This document shows, piece after piece, positions 57,281 through 64,000 of a stretch of DNA of 64,000 nucleotides. Under the pieces are notes generated by a model. That model saw only the letters and a program-made list of their open reading frames with translations. It searched no databases and was not told the DNA's origin. Both the position numbers and the translations under genes were made by a program. This DNA comes from Planctomycetota bacterium. GTDB lineage: Bacteria; Planctomycetota; UBA8108; SXIK01. Location of the stretch: contig CBDCXR010000004.1 in the NCBI GenBank assembly GCA_965223845.1, positions 704,001-768,000 of the forward strand, in the 5' to 3' direction. The number at the start of each line of letters is the position of its first letter. Position 1 is the first letter of the stretch.

Positions 57281-60142
57281 ATGCGTTCGGCCGGTGCGTA
57301 CGGAACAGGCGGGGTCGCGCTCCGCGGCGCGGTGATCGCGTCGTTCCTCCTTGCGCTCGCGCCCGTCCTCGAGGCTCAGATACGGGGGCGGTCGTCCGGA
57401 GGATCGTCGTCCGCTCGCTCGTCGAGTCGATCGTCGTCGGTCCGCTCGGCTCCGCGCTCGTCGGGGCGCTCGTCTTCGTTCCGCTCGTCGAGCCGATCGT
57501 CGTCGCGCTCATCCATCCGCTCGACGCCCCGGAGCTCGAGTCGATCGCCGAGCATCCGCTCGACCCCGCGATCGTCGAGTCGATCGTCGATCCGCTCGAC
57601 ACCGCGTTCCAGTCGATCGCCCTCGATTCGCTCGACACCGCGGACCTCGGGTCGATCGTCGAGCATCCGTTCGACACCGCGCTCTTCGAGTCGGTTCCCG
57701 TCGATTCGTTCGACACCGCGGCGCTCGAATCGATCGCCGAGCATCCGCTCGACGCCGCGCTCTTCGAGTCGTTCGCCGTCGATCCGGTCCACGCCACGTT
57801 CAAACCGCTCGCCGTCGATCCGTTCGACGCCGCGGAGTTCGAGTCGTTCGCCGTCGATCCGGTCCACGCCACGTTCAAACCGCTCGCCGTCGATCCGTTC
57901 GACGCCGCGGAGTTCGAGTCGATCTCCGGGTATCCGCACCTCGCCCCGTTCGAACCGCTCGCCGTCGATCCGTTCGACACCGCGGAGCTCGAGTCGATCA
58001 CCGAGTATCCGCACTGCGCCACGTTCGAACGGCTCGCCGTCGATCCGTTCGACACCGCGGAGCTCGAGCCGCTCGCCGTCGATTCGTTCGCCGAGCCGGA
58101 ACGCCGGTCTCGAGCGCTCGAACGCGGTCCGCGGCCTCGAGCGGTCACGCGCGCCTCGCGGGCGGCTGACTCCGTCGCCATCGAATCGGCCGTCGCTCGG
58201 GAGCACGCTCGAGCGCGGATCGTTCGGGGCGTCCCGTCGAGCAACCGTGGATCGATCCTCCGCGACCGGAGCCACCCGCTCGAGCCTCGCACCGTGGAAG
58301 GTCGGTGCGACGCGAACCGGTCGAAGCTCCGCTACGACAAAGCGTGGCGCGCCGGCCGCGGACGCCTCGACCGTTCTTCGAGCCGACCGCGCACCGTGGA
58401 AACGCGACGCGATCACGGTCGAGGGGACTTCAGGCTCGCGGCTTAGAGGCGTGGTCGAGCGGTCGAATCTCGCGATTCGCGAGCGCACGCGGCTTCGGCA
58501 ACACCTCGGAGTCGGAGGGCGACCGTCGCTCTCGGCGCGGACTCGCGGAACGCTGACACGCTCCGCCTCACCGACGAGCACGGGGCGCGTACGGAGCACG
58601 GGAAGCATCACGCCGTCCCGTCTCGGCTCTACCGCGCGCCGGTCCGCGGGCACGACGTACCTCAGCGAGTCGATCTCGGCGGTCTCACGCCGGCGGGCTC
58701 GCCTCGAGAGCGGAGTCCCTACTCGCGGCACGCGCGATTCGGGATCGAGGACGACCGGCCTCTCCACCGTGAGCTCGCGGAGAGCGATCTCGTCGCGTCT
58801 CGAGAGCGCGAGCACGGCGTCGGCGCTGACTCGCGGAGACCTGAGTGAGCTCTCCACTCGCCGCGCGGTCATCGGTGACTCGTCGGGCGCGACGAGCTTC
58901 CGCTCGGCGACCGTTCCGGAGGTGTCGAACGTCCGGCGCACGCGCTACTCGCGATCCTATCGTGACGGCTACCACGACGATCACTATCATTCGGGACATC
59001 ATCACCACCACCGGCACCGCCATCGTCACCATCACCACGGCTACTATTGGCCGTTCTACCTGAGCAGCTATTACTACTCGCCGTACTACTACGATCACTA
59101 CGGGTTCGGCCTCGGATTCGGACTCAGCTTCGGCTATCCCTATCACGGAGTTTCGTTCGGCGTGTCGTACGGATATCCCTACGTGTCGTCGTACGGATAC
59201 TACGGGCACGGATACCCGTACTACGGATACCGGTTTCGCTATCGTCGCCACTACGGGTACTACTCGAGCTACTACCCGCTCGCATATCGCACGGCGTATG
59301 TCACGTACCCGTACTACCCCTCATATGCGGAGTACTACAGCTACGAAAACGATCCGGCGTACGGCGGTGGGACCTACGTCGATCAGTCGAACCACTATTA
59401 CTACTACGGCCAGCGAGCCGGCGACGCGACGAGTGTCGAAGAGGTGCCCGAAGATGGCCTCTACGAGTCGTCGGAAGCGGGGGCGGAGGTTGAAGAAGCG
59501 CGGTTCGTCGTGCGGGAGCCGCTAGTCGACGGCACGCCGGCGGCAAACGAGCCGAACGGCGAACTATCGACCGCCCAATACCAGTTCTCGCTCGGCTACC
59601 TCCAGCTCGAACGCGGCGAGTACCAAAGCGCGAGCGAGCACTTCTACGAGGCCAGTCTCGAGGCACCCGAGAGTCGGTTGCTGAAGCTGTTCCTGGCGCT
59701 CAGTCTCGCCGGCCAGGGCGAATACGGATTCTCGGCGGAGTATCTGCGGCACGCCCTCGAGGATTGGGATGCGCTCGCGCTCTACCCGTGGGACGTCTCG
59801 ACTCTTCTCCCCGAGGGCGAAACCACGCGGCGGATCGAATCGCTCCGCGGCGAAGTCGCACTCGGCGGTGGGGGAGTCGATGCCCTCCTCGTTCTCGCGT
59901 TCCTCGAGTTTCACTCGCGCGATCCCGGTGCCGGGGCGACGCTCGATCATCTCCGGGATTTCGGCGCTGCGAGCCCGGTCGATCGGGCGATCGCGGAGCG
60001 CTATCTCTCCGCGTTGCTCGTGCGGGACGGCGAGGCGGTGCCGGTCATCGCCGGTGAGATCTCGGACATCTACGAGTCTCCCGTGGCGGAGTTCCTCGCT
60101 GCTCCGAGCGCCGAGAAGGTGTCGGAGCTTCCGATCCACTGA
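57281..60142 (+). CDS. Secreted low-complexity protein: Ser/Arg tandem repeats, poly-His, Tyr/Gly-rich block, C-terminal TPR-like domain
   Basis: Signal-like VIASFLLALAPVLEA-Q; long stop-free frame; TAGAAT at 57115-57120 upstream; TPR-like LGYLQLERGEYQSASEHF...ALSLAGQGEY. Confidence 0.8.
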   Translation: MRSAGAYGTGGVALRGAVIASFLLALAPVLEAQIRGRSSGGSSSARSSSRSSSVRSAPRSSGRSSSFRSSSRSSSRSSIRSTPRSSSRSPSIRSTPRSSSRSSIRSTPRSSRSPSIRSTPRTSGRSSSIRSTPRSSSRFPSIRSTPRRSNRSPSIRSTPRSSSRSPSIRSTPRSNRSPSIRSTPRSSSRSPSIRSTPRSNRSPSIRSTPRSSSRSPGIRTSPRSNRSPSIRSTPRSSSRSPSIRTAPRSNGSPSIRSTPRSSSRSPSIRSPSRNAGLERSNAVRGLERSRAPRGRLTPSPSNRPSLGSTLERGSFGASRRATVDRSSATGATRSSLAPWKVGATRTGRSSATTKRGAPAADASTVLRADRAPWKRDAITVEGTSGSRLRGVVERSNLAIRERTRLRQHLGVGGRPSLSARTRGTLTRSASPTSTGRVRSTGSITPSRLGSTARRSAGTTYLSESISAVSRRRARLESGVPTRGTRDSGSRTTGLSTVSSRRAISSRLESASTASALTRGDLSELSTRRAVIGDSSGATSFRSATVPEVSNVRRTRYSRSYRDGYHDDHYHSGHHHHHRHRHRHHHHGYYWPFYLSSYYYSPYYYDHYGFGLGFGLSFGYPYHGVSFGVSYGYPYVSSYGYYGHGYPYYGYRFRYRRHYGYYSSYYPLAYRTAYVTYPYYPSYAEYYSYENDPAYGGGTYVDQSNHYYYYGQRAGDATSVEEVPEDGLYESSEAGAEVEEARFVVREPLVDGTPAANEPNGELSTAQYQFSLGYLQLERGEYQSASEHFYEASLEAPESRLLKLFLALSLAGQGEYGFSAEYLRHALEDWDALALYPWDVSTLLPEGETTRRIESLRGEVALGGGGVDALLVLAFLEFHSRDPGAGATLDHLRDFGAASPVDRAIAERYLSALLVRDGEAVPVIAGEISDIYESPVAEFLAAPSAEKVSELPIH
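57512..58098 (+). repeat. Coding tandem repeat, about 16 units of 36-39 bp (SIRSTPRS[S/N][S]RSP), with 75-bp higher-order duplication
   Basis: Units counted in the translation; exact 75-bp periodicity at 57763/57838/57913. Confidence 0.95.
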
Positions 60143-60173
60143 GCGAGAGGCGGCCGAGGGAGCGCGTGACTCT

Positions 60174-60683
60174 TTGACCGAGAAGCCGGCGGGCGGCGCG
60201 AAGAACGAGGTCCTCGCCGACGAAGCCTTCGAGCGCGCGCTCGAGCTCGATCGACGGGGTGACGACGCGGCTGCGGATCGGTGGTTCACGCGCGCTCGGG
60301 ATCTCGATCCCGCCGAGTATCCCTTGCCGCTTCGGCTCGACTCGGCCGAGTTCGAGCGCATCGTCGCGAACGCGCTCGATTCCCTTCCTGAACGCTTCCT
60401 TCCCTATCTCGTTCAGGTCAGCGTCATCGTTCGTGACTATCCGACGCCGGAGCAAGAAGCGAGCGCGGGCGACGGACTGCTGGGACTCTACGAAGGCGTG
60501 CCGCGGACGGAGAGGGGGGAGGGCGAGCGCGACATGCTCGACCGCGTCTTCGTGTTCAAGCGTGAGCACGAAATCGAGTTTCCCGATCCGGCGGTGCTCG
60601 CCGATCAAGTTCGGCGTACCGTAGTCCACGAGATCGGTCACCACTTCGGGCTCGGCGAAGAGGACATGGGGGAGTACGCCTAG
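60174..60683 (+). CDS. Zincin-like metallopeptidase (Zincin_1/DUF1025 type) with short N-terminal TPR-like helix pair
   Basis: FERIV..ALDSLP, LLGLYEGVP, TVVHEIGHHFGL (HExxH); TTG start estimated. Confidence 0.88.
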   Translation: MTEKPAGGAKNEVLADEAFERALELDRRGDDAAADRWFTRARDLDPAEYPLPLRLDSAEFERIVANALDSLPERFLPYLVQVSVIVRDYPTPEQEASAGDGLLGLYEGVPRTERGEGERDMLDRVFVFKREHEIEFPDPAVLADQVRRTVVHEIGHHFGLGEEDMGEYA

Positions 60684-60774
60684 CTTCACCTCCTCGCGGG
60701 AAGAGAGAGCGAACGAAGCCCATCTCCGTCGGTCTTCGGCCGGATCCATCCCAACGTGAGTTGGCAGCGGGACC

Positions 60775-62337
60775 TCAACGCCTCGCCTTCAACCGCATGA
60801 TGCCGTAGCGACGCATCCGCCGGTACAGCTCGGAACGATCGATGCCGAGCCGCCGCGCGGCTTCGCTTCGGTTGCCGTCGGCTTCTCGAATCGTTTGCTC
60901 GATTACGGGAGCGAGAGTCGCGCGCTCGACCTCGAATAGAGTCGAAGGGAGCGTCGACGTCGCGCCACCGCTTGAAGCTGGACGACGCAACGGCGGTCGG
61001 GCGGTGCGGACTCGCGGGGAGAGAGCGTGCTCGTCCGCTGTACCGCTGACCGTCGAGCTGAGGACGCGAATCTCGTTCTGAAGCTCCCGGATGTTGCCCG
61101 GCCAGGAATAATTCGTCAGGCTCTCGATCGCGGCCGAGGTGTACTCGAGCGGGGGACGCCCTGCTTCCCGTGCGAACTCTTCACCGAAATGCCGAACGAG
61201 GAGAGGGACGTCTGCGCGGCGCTCGCGGAGCGCCGGAACGCGGATCGTCGCCACGTTCAGACGATAGTAGAGGTCTTCGCGGAATCTTCCGGCGGCGACC
61301 TCGCGCTCGAGATCTCGATTCGTGGCCGAAACGACGCGAAAGTTGATCGTGCGCGTTTCCCTTCCGCCGACTCGGCGAACTTCTCGATTCTGCAGCACGC
61401 GTAGAAGTCGCTTCTGAACGTCGAAGTCCATCTCTCCCACTTCGTCGAGAAATACCGTTCCGCCTTCGGCCTGCTCGAAGATTCCTGGGCGGCTCTCCTC
61501 GGCGCCGGTGAACGCGCCGCGCTCGTGCCCGAAGAACTCGCTCTCGATGAGGTGGCTCGGGACGGCCCCGCAGTTCTGGGACACGAAGGGGTGAGCCCGC
61601 CGGCGACTCAGGCGGTGAATCGCGCGTGCGACGAGCTCCTTGCCCGTTCCGCTCTCGCCTTCGATGAGAACGGGGAGATCCGAGCGGCTGAGGAGAAGGA
61701 TGGACTTCTGAATTCCCGCGACGGCCGGACTCTCCCCGATGATCTCGGGAACGAGGTTCGACGACGCCTCGAGCTCGAGCACCGAGTTCGCCCCGGGAGC
61801 GGGTGGATCCGACGCGGACGCGGACGCCGGTTGCGCGCGCCCGAGCTTGAGGCGATCGATCTCCATCGCGATGGCGGTGTAGTGAGCCCAGCGCTCCCGA
61901 TCCTCCGTCGACCCGCGGTCGGCTCCGATCGCGGGTGCCTCGAGGTAGAGGAGAGCGCGCTCGCCCGGCTTCGTGGGAAGCGGAAGCGCGAGCGAGCTCT
62001 CACCGGCCGTGTTTTCGCTGCTAATCGTTCCGGCGAACGCGGCGTCGATCATCGCGCTCGTGAGAACGCGGTCGGGGCGACCGATTCTCGTCCCGTCGCG
62101 GCGAAGTCCGACGAGGCGCCGGCGATGGCGACTCGTCTTTTGGTAGAGTACCGCCGCAGAGGCATCCGTGGCCGAGATCAAGTAGCGAAGAACGAGCGTT
62201 GTCGCCGAGGTCGTCGCGTGCTGCGCTGCTTCCCAGAGTGCACGTTCCACCGGAATTCCGGCCGCCGTCGCTCTTTTCCCGGTCCTCGTCGTCGCTTCCG
62301 ACCCGCCCTCCACCGGGCGCACCGTCGTCGGTTCCAA
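60775..62337 (-). CDS. sigma54-dependent enhancer-binding protein (GAF-like N-terminus, AAA+, Fis HTH)
   Basis: [66 protein letters not shown]; AGGAGGAG SD before the TTG. Confidence 0.93.
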   Translation of the reverse strand: MEPTTVRPVEGGSEATTRTGKRATAAGIPVERALWEAAQHATTSATTLVLRYLISATDASAAVLYQKTSRHRRRLVGLRRDGTRIGRPDRVLTSAMIDAAFAGTISSENTAGESSLALPLPTKPGERALLYLEAPAIGADRGSTEDRERWAHYTAIAMEIDRLKLGRAQPASASASDPPAPGANSVLELEASSNLVPEIIGESPAVAGIQKSILLLSRSDLPVLIEGESGTGKELVARAIHRLSRRRAHPFVSQNCGAVPSHLIESEFFGHERGAFTGAEESRPGIFEQAEGGTVFLDEVGEMDFDVQKRLLRVLQNREVRRVGGRETRTINFRVVSATNRDLEREVAAGRFREDLYYRLNVATIRVPALRERRADVPLLVRHFGEEFAREAGRPPLEYTSAAIESLTNYSWPGNIRELQNEIRVLSSTVSGTADEHALSPRVRTARPPLRRPASSGGATSTLPSTLFEVERATLAPVIEQTIREADGNRSEAARRLGIDRSELYRRMRRYGIMRLKARR

Positions 62338-62383
62338 CTCAGTCTCCTCCTTCTTCGCTGGCGTCGCTCCCCCGGCGAGTCGG

Positions 62384-62438
62384 CGGCACTCTACACCAAG
62401 AGTTAACTTTGATCAAGTTTTGTATCGATTGAGTGCCG
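62384..62438. promoter_or_regulatory. AT-rich nested inverted repeat in the divergent intergenic region
   Basis: cggcactc (62384-62391) / gagtgccg (62431-62438) enclosing aactt-tgatc-aagtt (62405-62419). Confidence 0.45.
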
Positions 62439-62559
62439 TTCCACCGCTGGGTCGCGGGGCCGCTCTTGACTTCGACCGACGAGCCGACTACCCAGGGAGC
62501 CCGACCGCGGTTCGATCGTAGCGACGCGGCCGGCGGGGACGACATCGCGGAGGCGAAGC

Positions 62560-63183
62560 GTGGCATTCGGTCAACACTGGGAGTGGCGCGGCTTCGCTCG
62601 AGCGCCCGCGGAGATCACCGCGCGTCTCGAGCGCTTGCCGCTCAAGTTCCCCGAAGTACAGCGGCTCACCGACGAGTACTTGTGGACTCCGTCGACGGAG
62701 ATCAACGTGAAGCTGCGTCTAGGCGACCTCAAGCTGAAACGCTTCCTCGAGCGGCGCGCGAGCGAGCATGCCCCGACGATCGAGCGCTGGCTCGAGGACC
62801 CTGGCGAGAACTTCTCGTTTCCTCTCGCGGCGGCTCGTCTCCGCGCGCTCGAGGAAGCGCTCCGACTCGAACCCGAGAGCCTCGGAGATCAAACTCTCGC
62901 GCGGGAGCCGCTCCTCGCCGCGCTCGGCTCGCGCGCGCAGTGCATCGCGGTCGTGAAGTCGCGACGGCAGTACTGGCTCGACTGCGCCGGCGGGGACCGC
63001 GTGACCGTGGAGCTCGCGGAGATTTCCGCCCCGGAGCGGTTGGTGAGCGTCGGGCTCGAGCACGAAGATCCCGACCGACTCTTAGCGGCACTGGGAGAGC
63101 TCGCGCCGGGACCAGAACTTCGCTCGCTCAACTACCTAGACGCCATCGCGATTTGGGCGCACGGGGACCGAGTCCTTCCGTAA
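62560..63183 (+). CDS. Hypothetical protein, CYTH/triphosphate-tunnel-like
   Basis: N-terminal WEWR, D.Y, VKLR, LKLK, KSRR, VELAEI, LE, C-terminal NY pattern resembling CYTH; GGAGG SD. Confidence 0.55.
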   Translation: MAFGQHWEWRGFARAPAEITARLERLPLKFPEVQRLTDEYLWTPSTEINVKLRLGDLKLKRFLERRASEHAPTIERWLEDPGENFSFPLAAARLRALEEALRLEPESLGDQTLAREPLLAALGSRAQCIAVVKSRRQYWLDCAGGDRVTVELAEISAPERLVSVGLEHEDPDRLLAALGELAPGPELRSLNYLDAIAIWAHGDRVLP

Positions 63184-63289
63184 TCTCCTCGTTCGCGATT
63201 CCCCACGAAGCTCGCGAAGACGACGGCGAAAGTACGGATCCGAGAGAAGCGAGTCGGACGGTGGGTGAGCGAAGGACGCGGAGGTGCAT

Positions 63290-63493
63290 TCAGTCGATCT
63301 CGACGTTCTCGCCTTCGTCCTCTTCCTCCTCCTTCGCTGCCCGCGCGTTCCACATCCGCTCGAGCCTCTCGACGGCGCGTTTCACCGCCCGCAGATCCGC
63401 CCAGATCTCCTGGAGCTGGTCCCGCTGATGCTCGAGCTCTCGTTCAAAGAAGAGGAGTTGCTCTTCGATTCGCGTCTGCGCGTCGTCCGTCAT
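63290..63493 (-). CDS. slyX: SlyX-like small coiled-coil protein
   Basis: RIEEQLLFFERELEHQRDQL...LERM with acidic tail; lacks the usual PPHY end. Confidence 0.55.
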   Translation of the reverse strand: MTDDAQTRIEEQLLFFERELEHQRDQLQEIWADLRAVKRAVERLERMWNARAAKEEEEDEGENVEID

Positions 63494-63538
63494 CGTGCAA
63501 TCGGACTCTCGGCCGCGGCTGGGTGTCCTCGCGTCTGA

Positions 63539-64000
63539 TTAGAAGATCGAGAAGATCGCGTTCACGAAGGTGCTGATCGGAGCCTGTTCCCGCAGGTCTT
63601 CGAGAGTTTCCCGCGCTTCGATGAGGATCCGCACGAGCTCGTCCCAAGCCTGACGGTTGTTGACGAGCTGGCCGAGGGTCCCGTGTCCGCTGTTGATCTT
63701 GTTGAGCGTTTCTTGGAGATCCGCGACGGTTTCCTCGAGACGATTCGCGAGCTCGTCGTCGTTCAGGAGCCTCGCGGCCACGCCGTCGCCTTCTCGGATC
63801 GACCCGATCACCTCGCGAAGATCACTCACGGTCGCTTCGAGCTCTTTCTTCGCTTCCTCGTTTCGCGTGAGGTAGCCGATGACGCTCTCTTCGTCGTTGA
63901 GGGTCGTCGAAAACTCGCGGAAGTTTTCGACGATGTCGAGCGTCTTCTGCTTCGTTTCCGGGTCGAAGATCAGCGCGCCCGCGGTGCCCGTCGAATCCTT
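63539..64000 (-). CDS. MlaD/MCE-family protein, C-terminal helical part (5'-truncated by window edge)
   Basis: Frame open to position 64000; repeated STGTAGALIFD, EGDGVAARLLND, GHGTLGQLVNN helical units typical of MCE tails. Confidence 0.75.
   Translation of the reverse strand, partial: KDSTGTAGALIFDPETKQKTLDIVENFREFSTTLNDEESVIGYLTRNEEAKKELEATVSDLREVIGSIREGDGVAARLLNDDELANRLEETVADLQETLNKINSGHGTLGQLVNNRQAWDELVRILIEARETLEDLREQAPISTFVNAIFSIF

Noticed and set aside
57512-58098. Array of 36-39-bp units as a possible CRISPR
   Set aside because: Units are contiguous without unique spacers, vary at synonymous positions, keep frame, and no cas genes are present

Overview
GC-rich core-chromosome segment, most likely from a Planctomycetota bacterium. 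This is an inference from a Verrucomicrobia/Planctomycetes-restricted Minf_1886/TIGR04138-type gene and the style of the hypothetical proteins. About 55 genes, mostly housekeeping: purL-purQ, recJ, rpe, accD, tmk-holB, asd-truA, rne-rplU-rpmA-obgE, coaX, pyrR-pyrB-pyrC, tRNA-Val(GAC) and a Btu/Fec-type ABC importer. Also present are a regulatory PTS cluster (hpf, EIIA, yvcK, HPr, EI) and a dispersed type IV pilus system: a sigma54-driven major pilin, pilM-pilN-pilO-[TPR/PilP-like]-secretin, and a PilT/PilU ATPase. No integrase, transposase, prophage or CRISPR array was seen. Most unusual elements: (1) a 488-aa non-lipoprotein TPR/PilP-like protein in the pilP slot, next to a secretin with two N0-like domains; (2) a secreted ~950-aa protein with ~16 Ser/Arg tandem repeats, a poly-His block, a Tyr/Gly block and a TPR domain, closely followed by a zincin gene; (3) several apparently degenerate enzymes (PyrC with the catalytic Asp as Gly, an MnmE-like GTPase lacking NKxD and CxGK, a CoaX lacking the first Asp, a pseudo-receiver); (4) an RNase E with a ~550-aa N-terminal disordered arm behind an ~860-bp gene-free region; (5) a tRNA-Val with C33; (6) probable leaderless genes. 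All calls come from reading motifs by eye; no database search was run, and start codons are best estimates.
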